NCBI GenBank assembly: GCA_043228905.1
Contig: JBHGNT010000010.1
Location: 2,666,001-2,730,000 of the forward strand
Direction of reading: 5' to 3'
Length of the DNA stretch: 64,000 bases
Origin: Azolla caroliniana
Taxonomy: Eukaryota; Plantae; Polypodiophyta
Shown: positions 1 to 10,088 of the stretch, one piece after another
Layout: every line of letters starts with the position of its first letter
Numbering within the stretch: the first letter of the stretch is position 1
Program-made: the position numbers and the translations under genes
Notes under the pieces: generated by a model
Told to the model about the DNA's origin: nothing
What the model saw: the letters and a program-made list of their open reading frames with translations, nothing else
Database searches by the model: none

Positions 1-2085
1 ACGCTCGTGGTTCGGCCTAACCGTCAAAAACTGGACCGAATGGCGCCCGTCCTGGCTCTTGACCCGCGCATAGGCCGAACCATTGTCCAGCACCTTGGTC
101 TCCATCCGAGCCGCCGTGATGTACGGCTCTCCCAGTATGACGGGGTGCGATGACGACTCCTGCACGAAGAAGTGCTGGTCTATCTCGACATCGCCGATCT
201 TGACCCGTACATTCGGGCAGGCCCCGTGAAGTTCCTCGGTGGCGCGCGTCGCCGCCCTTATCTTCCACCCGTGCTTGGTGTTGATCGGCCATTTGCCCTT
301 CTTATAGAAGTCCATGGACATCAGGTTGATTTCCGATCCGTGGTCCACCAAAGCTACTACCGGTTCCTGGACATCGCCGATCTTTACCGGGGTTTCCGTG
401 GTCGCTCGGGCCCAGTGTGGCCGCGAATAGTGGCTCTCCGCCCACTCGTCTTCCAGCGCCATGTCGTCCAGGTGCGCCGTCCGCACCTCTACCGGTCTTT
501 CCGGTTCCTCCTCCGTCGACAGCCTCTTCCGCTTGACCAAGTCCACGATGGAGTCGTGGAACTCTTTCTTCGCGATTCCGAGCACCTCCCGTAATGACAG
601 CTCCACCTTGCTGTCGAGGATCCGCTCCTCTAGGACCTTTCGTAAGTCCGTGGTTCTTTCTATCTCCGTCCCCAGACGGTACCCGCCCTTCTGGGGTTTA
701 TCTTGCGTACCGGCCCCGCCGGCTTCGTCCCGTCGTGGCCCGGACCGGGTCTCGTATCGTTGTGAGGGCCCGGTCATCCCGGGTTTCCCCACCCGCTTCT
801 CTTCTACCAGAGCCTCGTAGTTCCGGCAAGCGGCTTCCACGAAGCCCGTCTTTTCCTCGACCGGGTCGCTCCACCCGGTCATCTCCCGTACCCGTTTCTC
901 CGCACGGTCCGATTCCTCCCTTTTAAGCCCGGCACCGGCAAGGCCTTCCAGCATCGTCGGCCAGAATCCGGCTTTGCTTTCCTTTCGGGCCTCGCCGCCC
1001 CCGACTCGAATACCGGCCGACGCCGAGTAGTGGACGGTTTCCGCATGTCGGGCCGCCGCCTCTTCCATCAACCTCTTCATTCCGCCTCGCCCGTCGTTTC
1101 GGTTTAGGGCCCTTCTCGTGTCGTTGGCGTGAACCCGGCCTTCCCATAGGTACACCACCCGGTTCCTCAGCGCCTCTGCGAAGTCGCCGCAGTCTTTTCG
1201 GATGTGGCCGACCCCGTCGCACCACATGCACCTGTTCCCTGCCGCCGGCCGTCGGTCACGAGCAGGTCCTCCGCCTTCTCTGCGGGCTTGTGCGATTTGG
1301 AGGTCTTTTATCGCCCTCGTCAGTTCCTCCAACGCAGCTCCTCCAGTCGAGCCTCTGATCACGCCGGTCGCAGCTGAACCGGATTCCAGCCACTCCCGAG
1401 TCTCTTCCCTTCGCACCGGCTGCGCCGGCTCGAGTTTCCTCGCCGCAACTGAGCCCGACCCGGTTGCTCTGTCATCCTCCCATTCTCGCCGTTTGTCGAA
1501 ACGGCCGCAGGCTCTCTTGACCGCCGCCCAGTCGGCTGTCAGCCCGTCTTCGGTCTCTAGCAGGGCGCCCACGTGACTCCGATCCCTCTCGTCAACCGAT
1601 TTGACGAACAGCAGGACCCGGCTTGTATCCAGGACCATCCTGTCAAGCGCTGAAAGGCGCGCGAAGTTCTCCTCGAACTCCCGGAGGAGTGCCGACGCAT
1701 TCCTTCCTTTCCCGGGAGACTCCACCCACTCCATGAAGCTTCGCTTCGAAAGCCGGAGCGCGTCGTCCAGTCCGTATTTTTCCAGGAGCCGACCTTCGAA
1801 CTCCACCCAGGTACGGCTCTCCGCCCGCACCTCGAGCACCTCCGCGTGGATGCTCGGCATCGCCACTCGGGGAAAACCGGCAAGACACCTGTCTTCCGGA
1901 ATGTCCCGCATTAACATTTCCGCACCGTAGGACGCCAGGTACTTCGTGGCATCTTTTCCGGTGAATCGACCGATCGTTCCGACGACCGCCTCAATAGCTC
2001 TATCGAGGGCGCCGGTGCCCTCGCGCGCGCTTACTATCCGATCCACGGCCGAAGCCATGGCCTCTGCAAGATCCGCCCCCTTCAT
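1..2085 (-). CDS. gag: Gag-protease of A1 (partial, open to the window edge)
   Basis: Near-identical to the 708-aa ORF 17238..19364: CX2CX4HX4C knuckle (CMWCDGVGHIRKDC) and protease-like ALVDHGSEINLM. Confidence 0.85.
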   Translation of the reverse strand, partial: MKGADLAEAMASAVDRIVSAREGTGALDRAIEAVVGTIGRFTGKDATKYLASYGAEMLMRDIPEDRCLAGFPRVAMPSIHAEVLEVRAESRTWVEFEGRLLEKYGLDDALRLSKRSFMEWVESPGKGRNASALLREFEENFARLSALDRMVLDTSRVLLFVKSVDERDRSHVGALLETEDGLTADWAAVKRACGRFDKRREWEDDRATGSGSVAARKLEPAQPVRREETREWLESGSAATGVIRGSTGGAALEELTRAIKDLQIAQARREGGGPARDRRPAAGNRCMWCDGVGHIRKDCGDFAEALRNRVVYLWEGRVHANDTRRALNRNDGRGGMKRLMEEAAARHAETVHYSASAGIRVGGGEARKESKAGFWPTMLEGLAGAGLKREESDRAEKRVREMTGWSDPVEEKTGFVEAACRNYEALVEEKRVGKPGMTGPSQRYETRSGPRRDEAGGAGTQDKPQKGGYRLGTEIERTTDLRKVLEERILDSKVELSLREVLGIAKKEFHDSIVDLVKRKRLSTEEEPERPVEVRTAHLDDMALEDEWAESHYSRPHWARATTETPVKIGDVQEPVVALVDHGSEINLMSMDFYKKGKWPINTKHGWKIRAATRATEELHGACPNVRVKIGDVEIDQHFFVQESSSHPVILGEPYITAARMETKVLDNGSAYARVKSQDGRHSVQFLTVRPNHER

Positions 2086-2107
2086 TTCCTACTCTTCTGC
2101 CGCCTCT

Positions 2108-2125
2108 TTCACGTCGGGTTCACCA
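2108..2125 (-). promoter_or_regulatory. Primer-binding site, tRNA-Trp
   Basis: Minus strand TGGTGAACCCGACGTGAA, 3 nt inside the LTR; complementary to the plant tRNA-Trp 3' end as recalled (..TTCACGTCGGGTTCACCA). Confidence 0.85.
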
Positions 2126-2128
2126 AGA

Positions 2129-2845
2129 TGTCGGGGTTGCTACGCCCTTGCGTGTAGAAAGGAGGAGGGACCACGGGGGTCTTGAACCGAAGAGCAAGAG
2201 AGAGAGGAGTAAGAGAGAGAGACCCGATTACACAGAACCGAAGATCCGATTGCGCAGAACCGACGATTGCACAGGGACACGGCCCAACAAACAGAGATCA
2301 CAAATAAACGCTGACGCAGATGGACGCAACAACGAAAGATATGTACTTATGAATGCAAGAAAATAACAGACTAAAGTATTACAACCCACGGTGGGGCACG
2401 AAATATACACTAACGAAAACGAACAGGGCGGCGAACAGATGCCGACCCCTGCATGTCGCGACGCACAGAAAGGGAAAACAGGTCGGAGGTGCTGCAGGAC
2501 GCACTCGGGGCGTTCCACGGAACAGCGCAAGCCTCCTCGAAACCTGCACAGGTACGCGATGGAGCAGAAGACAGAGAAAGCAGGAGTGAGAGAGAAGCTC
2601 CGAAATCGGTTCGGCAGCACTTCGTCCTCTCCGCGCGAGATACCCCACTTCTATTCTTCCTCTTCCTTTTATAGCCCGTCAAGAGGCCGTTTGGCATTAA
2701 CTGCATACCAACCGAATCTACCCACCTAGGATCCTCGTATGTACCTACTTCGTCCTTAGGTACTTCTTGGCGCGCGTGTGTGTGTAGAGCCGTTTCCCAC
2801 GCCTTGTTCCTCCGATTCCTCTTGTGGGCGGTTTTCTTCACGACA
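2129..2845 (-). repeat. 5' LTR of A1 (717 bp)
   Basis: TGTCG...CGACA termini; same sequence at 12961-13677 and 19408-20124. Confidence 0.95.
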
Positions 2846-3640
2846 GCGGAAGACACGAGGAGAGTCCGGGAGGGACTCAAACAAAAGGCACCCAACTTTC
2901 GGCAAGCATAGAAACGGAGTCCGGTCCTATGGGACCCTCACACCGATCCGGAGGCTCCGACAGTTCGGCCAACGTGACAACGTAAGATCGAGGGAGAAGG
3001 ACGGTGGCGGCAGGGAACGAGACTCGACGACACGAGGTATCGGAAGGAGCCGATAGGGGTGAACACGGGGAGGTGTGTCAGACTGGAAAGGCACACCTTG
3101 AACAGAACAAGAGTCTCGCAAATGGCCATCACGGGCCGGATCGAAGCGTGACTACGGGACGGTGCTCAACGCGGGCGAGGCCGAACGAAGGAAGCGGAAG
3201 ACGGCACAAGGAAGGTGCCGAGAACAAAGGGACAAGTGCCTAGTGCACGACGACGGGAAGGGCCAAGCGGGCTACTGCGGGATGTTCCTCGGATGCAAAG
3301 GACACCGGTATGCGGGAGAACAACGATGCACGATCAGGCCAGAATGGGGCCGATGAGGAGTGTAACATAGGCAGTACCAAACGACAGACGAGGGTAGTGG
3401 CACACGGAGGTGCCGGAGCGGGAAGGCGAGCGCGGAGAAGGCCGGAAAGGGATCCTCCACACCGTTCCGGAGACCATGGCGGTCCGAGCCGACGCGGCGA
3501 TGTAAGACCATGGAGAAGGAAGGCGGCGGCGGAAGGACGAAGGCCACGCGAAACACCATCGGGACATCACGATTCGACAACGGAGGCCAAGCGGGCTGCC
3601 ACGGGCATTCCTCTAGCGGAGGACATTGGGCATATGGCGG

Positions 3641-4074
3641 TGTTAACTCTTCGGGCTGGACAATGGCCTAACACAGGGTGTCTACGGGAGACACTTCACC
3701 AAAGGGTGTTACGGCAACCGAATTAGACTTCAACGCTTAATCCGACTTAATTAAGTTACTTATTAGGATCGTCTTTCATAACACGCGTAAGATATAACAA
3801 TTAAGACAGAACGATAATTAACACAGAGAGATAACAACGCTTAAGCTTTCATTAATTAACTGCTCCCTATTACATTGTATCCGGGCCTTTAAATAGGTTT
3901 CCGGTCTGTATTACAAAACGGTGCCATTCGCACCTGTTCGGGATCGGTCCGGATCCGGAACGGCATACCGATTCCGGTCCGTCCGTCCACACTCATAGCT
4001 TAATTACAACCACATTCCTACTACTTAATTAGCTCTCCGTTTCCCACTCTGGACTCCTTTGCCGGCCGGTAACA
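3641..4074 (-). repeat. 3' LTR of E
   Basis: TGTTA...TAACA termini; few differences from 26708-27141; minus-strand TATA-like CTATTTAAAGG near 3885-3895. Confidence 0.95.
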
Positions 4075-4076
4075 CA

Positions 4077-4093
4077 TGGCACGCCCGTGGGAC
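4077..4093 (+). promoter_or_regulatory. PBS-like site (tRNA-Arg-like) at the position where E should have its PPT
   Basis: TGGCACGCCCGTGGGAC lies 2 nt from the LTR; no purine tract on E's sense strand; a near-identical motif precedes the 3' LTR of K. Confidence 0.55.
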
Positions 4094-4318
4094 AGTACCT
4101 TGTAAGTCGAATCCACAACCGACCCTTGCTATTCTTCGTCCAAAATGTCCAGAATGCTTTGTTCGAGAGGCTCCAATGGTTCATCTGGAAGTGGTTGTTG
4201 TTGTTGTTGTTGTTGTTACTGCTCTGTTGCTGTCTGCTGCGGCGGGTCCGTTGGTGGTTGCTGCGGCTGCTCCTCCGTTTGTGTCTCTGACACCGGCGTC
4301 TCCGTCGTTGCTCCCTGC

Positions 4319-4612
4319 TGTCATAACTAGACTCGAACCCATAACCTTTTGTTACACGGGTCGAGACTTTACCATTAGGTTATGAATTGTAATTTGAAGG
4401 ATATTATTTTCATTTAGGTTTTATTGGGAAATTGATGTATATTCCAGATTTCTCTGGAACATTCTAGAAACTTCAAGAGTATTCCTGAAGACACTATAAA
4501 AGGAGGCGCAAGGCATTAGTTCGAACCAAATCGGTTCAACGCCAGTCTTAAGCCTTCTAACTACTGTTGTATATCTTCCGTCATATAATACATATATCTT
4601 TCGCATCATCAT

Positions 4613-4658
<46 letters not shown>

Positions 4659-4787
4659 ATTCCTTCTCTCAAAGTTCGACACCTCTCATAGTACTAATCC
4701 TTCTCTGTCTTAGTACTATTTCCCAACAATAGTACTAATCCTTCTTTTAGTACTAATTCCTTCTCTGCCTTAATAGAGTTCCTGACA
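4319..4787 (+). repeat. 5' LTR of H1
   Basis: TGTCA...TGACA; TATAAAA at 4495; (TC)n tract; repeated TAGTACTAA in U5. Confidence 0.95.
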
Positions 4788-4789
4788 GT

Positions 4790-4801
4790 TTGAACCGATT
4801 T
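4790..4801 (+). promoter_or_regulatory. Self-priming site (Tf1-type PBS)
   Basis: TTGAACCGATTT is the exact complement of AAATCGGTTCAA (4528-4539), which starts 33 nt after the TATA box; no TGG tRNA PBS is present. Confidence 0.75.
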
Positions 4802-4874
4802 TACTACTAGTCTCCCTCTTCCTTCTGTCTCCCTCCTTTCCTACTAGTCTCTTATTTCCCTTTTCCTTCATCCC

Positions 4875-6044
4875 ATGGCCACCGTTAGCGCTGAAGAGTA
4901 TCAATCCGTTTTCTCGGAATTTCAATGCTTGAAAGAGAAGTTTCATGCTTTGGAACAAGAAAATCAAAGCTTGTTGGGGGATCTTCAGCAAATTTCCTTA
5001 GAAAAGCAGCAAACGCAACAACAGCATGGGGAACTTGCGTTACGCGTGCAACAACTCGAAGCAACCATCGTAGCAATGCAACAACAAGGGCACGGAGCAC
5101 AAGGGATTCATAAAGAACCCAAGATTGGCCTTCCCACGAAGTTCGATGGAACGCGATCGCAGTTTAGAGGGTTTCTTAACCAGGTACGGTTAGTTATTCA
5201 AATGCATCCGTCCCGATATCCCACCGATGCATCACGAGTGGGTTTAGTAGGCACGTTGTTAAATGGCTCAGCATTAGCATGGTTCGCTCCGCTACTAGAA
5301 AAGGAATCTCCAGTACTAAATAATTTTGAAGAATTCATAAGTGAGTTTAAAGCATGTTTTGGAGATACTGACAGCATAAGGACTGTAATCAACAAAATCC
5401 GGCGATTACGCCAAGGTGACCGTCCAGCCTCCGCATATGCTGCAGATTTCCGCCTACTCGCCGCCGATATCCCCTGGGATGATCAAGCATTGATGGAGCA
5501 GTTCCGCTATGGTCTACGCAACGATGTCAAGGATTTACTCTTGACTTTCCCTGAAGAGCCAAAATCATTAACAGAAGCAATCAGTCGAGCGGTCAGATGT
5601 GACAACCGCCTCTTCGAGCGACGTTCGGAACGACAATTTCAGATGCCGAGGGCAAGATCCGAGCCTACCTATGCCTCAGTGGTAGCGAAACCTTTTCAAA
5701 GGGAGTCACATAATGCGCCTCCAGTAAGTACTCCAACTCCAATGGAAATTGACACTACACGTCGTCGTGGGCCGCTATCGGAGGAGGAAAAGCAACGACG
5801 CCGAACAAACCGATTATGCCTTTATTGCGGTGGACCAGGGCATATCGCGATAAACTGTCCCCATAGACCAAGAAGGCAGGTAAACCAAGTCATTGTTAGT
5901 TCTGACTATACTAAACCCGAGTCTATTTCAGTAGGAATCTCTGATAATCCTCATAGTCATAATAGTCCTAATAGTACTAATAGTCCGAATCTCGCAAACA
6001 AATTTGATGTCCTTAGCCAATTAGAAGAAGAGTTAAACGACTAA
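4875..6044 (+). CDS. gag: Gag of H1 (coiled coil, capsid, CCHC zinc knuckle)
   Basis: 389 aa; PTKFDG, LRQG, PMEID and CLYCGGPGHIAINC motifs of Tf1/sushi/PEG10-like Gag. Confidence 0.95.
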   Translation: MATVSAEEYQSVFSEFQCLKEKFHALEQENQSLLGDLQQISLEKQQTQQQHGELALRVQQLEATIVAMQQQGHGAQGIHKEPKIGLPTKFDGTRSQFRGFLNQVRLVIQMHPSRYPTDASRVGLVGTLLNGSALAWFAPLLEKESPVLNNFEEFISEFKACFGDTDSIRTVINKIRRLRQGDRPASAYAADFRLLAADIPWDDQALMEQFRYGLRNDVKDLLLTFPEEPKSLTEAISRAVRCDNRLFERRSERQFQMPRARSEPTYASVVAKPFQRESHNAPPVSTPTPMEIDTTRRRGPLSEEEKQRRRTNRLCLYCGGPGHIAINCPHRPRRQVNQVIVSSDYTKPESISVGISDNPHSHNSPNSTNSPNLANKFDVLSQLEEELND

Positions 6045-6076
6045 GTCCAGCCAAAATAGGAGCCGTTTGGTTGGAC
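6032..6076 (+). promoter_or_regulatory. -1 ribosomal frameshift signal of H1
   Basis: G TTA AAC slippery site, 6-nt spacer, 11-bp stem GTCCAGCCAAA/TTTGGTTGGAC; pol is in the -1 frame and open from the site. Confidence 0.75.
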
Positions 6077-9000
6077 AGCCCTAGATCTGTGCAGCCCATT
6101 AGTGGTTCCATTCCCTCTAAGCAAGTTAGTGATGTGTTCGTAGCCCAAGTAGCAGTTAGTACTAAAAGTACCCCTCCAGTACATACCTTAGCCCTTCTAG
6201 ATTCCGGAGCTAATTCTTGCTTCATGGATAGGAATTTTGCCCGAGCTCATCAGATATCTCTCAGAAAGCTCCCATGTCCAGCCTCAGTAGTAGTCATTGA
6301 TGGTCGTCCCATTGCTTCTGGTAATATCATAGAAGAGTCGGAACCCGTTAATATTGTCCTAGATAACTTAACATGTGTAGTATCATTTAATATTATTAGT
6401 ATTCCAGAACATCCCATAGTTTTAGGATTACCATGGTTCGAGTTACATGACCCAGACATAGATTGGAGGACAAGGGAAATCCGGTTGCGACAAACCCAAG
6501 GATCTACCCAGAAGGTTGCAACCATTTCGCTACGTCAGTTGCGTGAGGAAGGGCGCAAGGAGGAAATGTTTCTCTTTGCAATATCAGTACAACCCTCTAG
6601 CACCACCAAAGAGGAGTCCACCGTTCAACTTCCCGAGAAGTATCGTCAGTATGCTGATGTGTTCGATAAAGTACAAGCCAACACACTTCCTCATCATCGG
6701 CCGTACGACTGCGCCATCGACTTACAACCGGGAAAAGAGCCGCCATGGGGGCCGATCTACAATTTGTCACCAACCGAGCTAGAAGTCCTTCGAGCCTATA
6801 TAGAGGAGGATTTGGAGAACGGTTTCATTCGGCATTCGAAATCTCCAGCCGGCGCACCCATTTTCTTCGTCAAGAAAAAAGATGGCTCGCTTCGACTCGT
6901 TGTAGATTACCGTGGCTTGAATAAGGTCACAGTAAGAAATAGGTATGCTCTTCCCCTTATCTCAAGTCTTTTAGAACGGATCAACGGTGCCAGGTTCTTC
7001 ACGAAGATCGACTTACGAGGAGCCTATAACCTCGTACGGATCCGACCAGGAGATGAATGGAAGACCGCGTTTCGCACCAGATATGGGCACTTCGAGTATA
7101 CGGTCATGCCGTTCGGACTCACTAATGCGCCGGCAGTCTTCCAGCACATGGCGAATGATATATTTCGAGATCTCTTGGATGATTTTTTGATCATCTATTT
7201 GGATGATCTACTGGTTTATTCAAAGACCCAAGAAGAACATGATTCTCATGTACTATTAGTACTAAAACAACTTCGAGAACATGGTCTGTATGCAAAGTTA
7301 GAGAAATGTAGTTTCGGGTGCAACCAAGTGGAGTTTCTCGGCTATGTCATCTCCTCAGAAGGCATATCTATGGACCCAGCCAAGGTCAAAACGGTGATAG
7401 AATGGCACACTCCGCGTTCGGTGCGGGATGTGCAATGCTTCCTAGGCTTTGCAAATTTCTACCGGAAGTTCATACAAAATTACTCAAAAATTGTGCTGCC
7501 TCTCACACAGCTCACCAGGAAGGGACAATCATTCATTTGGTCTAAAGAGACGGACATGGCTTTCGAGAGTCTTAAGAAGGCGTTTACATCAGCTCCAATT
7601 TTAGGTCATGTGGATCCGGAAAAACCATTCATTATCGAAGCTGATGCATCGGATTTCGCATTGGGGAGCATTCTGTCACAACAGGGTAACGACGAGAAGC
7701 TACATCCTGTGGCTTTCCACTCCCGTAAGTTTGACGCCGCCGAAATCAACTACGAAATTCATGATAAAGAGCTATTAGCAATAGTTGATTCTTTTATGCA
7801 ATGGAGGCATTTCCTGGAGGGATCTCCTCATCAGGTCACTGTATTCAGTGACCACAAGAACCTTGCCTACTTTCAAGATGCTCGTGTACTGAATCGACGT
7901 CAACCTCGGTGGGCCCACTTCCTCACACGCTTCGACTTCAAAATTACATATCGTCCGGGGAAGCACCAAGGGAAGGCAGATGCATTATCACGGCGTTCGT
8001 ATCTAACACCACGTCCCGGTGAGCCAGCTTTCGATAACCAGAAGCAAGTAATCTTGGGTCCAGCACGACTGCAAGCAGCACAGGTCTTTGACATGCCCGT
8101 GGATTCCGACATTACCAATACTATACGTGAGGACTTGAAGACTGACGCTTTCGCCCAAGCTATACTAGCACAAATTGACCCCTCTCGAGCGTCATGTTCA
8201 CAATCACAATCACCAGGTACGGATTATCGGCAATTCAAATACTGTGATGGATTACTCTTCTTTAAAGAACTTTTGTATGTTCCTAATGGTTCTTGCCGCC
8301 TTCGAGTAGTACAAAACTGCCATGACACATATACAGCAGGACATTTTGGTAGTACTAAAACATTAGATTTAGTACAACGATCATTCTGGTGGCCCCGTAT
8401 GCGACAATTTGTCGAAGATTTTGTTCGGACTTGCGATACATGCTGCAGAGCGAAAATGCCAAGACATCATCCATATGGTTTATTAGAACCATTACCAATT
8501 CCAAGCAAGCCATGGCAATCCATTGCTCTTGACTTCATTACAGATCTTCCAGTCTCTAAGGGATTCAGTGCGATTCTCACAGTGGTGGATCGATATACGA
8601 AGATGGCTCATTTCTTACCATGTACTAAAGAAATATCTAGTGAAGACACCGCCGAAATTGTCATGCGGGAAGTATGTCGGCATCATGGACTCCCTGATAA
8701 TATCATCAGCGATCGTGGACCCCAGTTTGTGTCAAAATTCTGGAAGCACCTTTTTAAAATGCTGAAGGTCACTTGTAACCTCTCCTCCGGCTACCACCCA
8801 CAAACCGACGGTCAAGCCGAACGAACAAATCAAACACTGGAGCAGTATCTGCGGTGCTTTCTCAACTATCATCAGAATGACTGGGCAGATATTCTTCAAT
8901 TCGCCGAATTTGCCTATAATAACGCTATCCACGCATCGACTAAAGTCACGCCATTCTACGCTTATACGGGATATCATCCCCGGTGGTGTGTCCTTGAAAA

Positions 9001-9629
9001 CCCCAGAAGTGTCCACAAATCCTTGCGCGGAGGATCGTTTGGAGCGGTTACGCAAGATACAAGTGGATTTATCTACTCAACTCCAGCAAGCTCAACAATC
9101 ACACAAGGACTACGCAGATCGTCATCGACTTCCATCCAGTTTTAACATTGGAGATCGGGTGTGGCTGCTACGACGACACATCAAGACTACTCGCCCATGT
9201 GAGAAGTTGGATTATCGGCGATTAGGTCCTCTCCGTATTATCGGGAAGATTAATGATGTCGCTTTTCGTCTCGAGCTACCTCCGCAACTTCGGATACACC
9301 CGGTGTTTCATAGTTCTCTCCTCGAACCCTATCACGAGAGCACTATCCCAGGACGTACTATACAACCTCCACCTCCTATCGAGCTCGAAGATGGACCTGA
9401 GTATGAGGTCGCTGCCATCCTCGATTCCAAGATTGTTCGCAACAAGCTCTACTATCTAGTCGATTGGCTAGGATATAGTCCCAGCGAGCGTACTTGGGAA
9501 CCGATCGAGAATGTGACCAATGCTCGTGCTCTTCTAGAAGACTTCCATCGACGATATCCCGGGAAACCGGGTCCTCAATCTAAAACGACTCGTGAAACTC
9601 GTCGTTTTAAAGGGGGGATAGTGTCATAA
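6071..9629 (+). CDS. pol: Pol of H1: protease, RT, RNase H, integrase, chromodomain (1-nt insertion near 8997-9000 shifts the C-terminus into ORF 8877..9629)
   Basis: LLDSGA, YLDD, DASD, GHFG/CDTC, DFIT-SDRG-QAE, and chromodomain YEVAAILD..YLVDWLGY..TWEP. Confidence 0.95.
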
Positions 9630-9915
9630 CTAGACTCGAACCCATAACCTTTTGTTACACGGGTCGAGACTTTACCATTAGGTTATGAATTGTAATTTGA
9701 AGGATATTATTTTCATTTAGGTTTTATTGGGAAATTGATGTATATTCCAGATTTCTCTGGAACATTCTAGAAACTTCAAGAGTATTCCTGAAGACACTAT
9801 AAAAGGAGGTGCAAGGCATTAGTTCGAACCAAATCGGTTCAACGCCAGTCTTAAGCCTTCTAACTACTGTTGTATATCTTCCGTCATATAATACATATAT
9901 CTTTCGCATCATCAT

Positions 9916-9959
<44 letters not shown>

Positions 9960-10088
9960 ATTCCTTCTCTCAAAGTTCGACACCTCTCATAGTACTAATC
10001 CTTCTCTGTCTTAGTACTATTTCCCAACAATAGTACTAATCCTTCTTTTAGTACTAATTCCTTCTCTGCCTTAATAGAGTTCCTGACA
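9622..10088 (+). repeat. 3' LTR of H1
   Basis: Direct repeat of 4319-4787, followed by TSD CCTGC. Confidence 0.95.

Larger units (their letters stand above)
1..2845 (-). mobile_element. Element A1: 5' part of a tRNA-Trp-primed Ty3/Gypsy LTR retrotransposon (runs off the left edge)
   Basis: 1-2845 is nearly identical to 17280-20124 (offset 17279); it holds the LTR, PBS and gag. Right flank GCGG. Confidence 0.95.
4319..10088 (+). mobile_element. Element H1: near-intact chromovirus (Tcn1/Tf1-like Ty3/Gypsy)
   Basis: LTRs 4319-4787 and 9622-10088 differ by about one substitution plus (TC)n length; TSD CCTGC; gag, pol and chromodomain; PPT AAAGGGGGGATAG at 9609-9621. Confidence 0.97.

Noticed and set aside
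1-2845. Near-identity with 17280-20124 as a possible assembly or segmental duplication
   Set aside because: Flanks differ exactly at the LTR end and there are scattered substitutions, so these are independent insertions.
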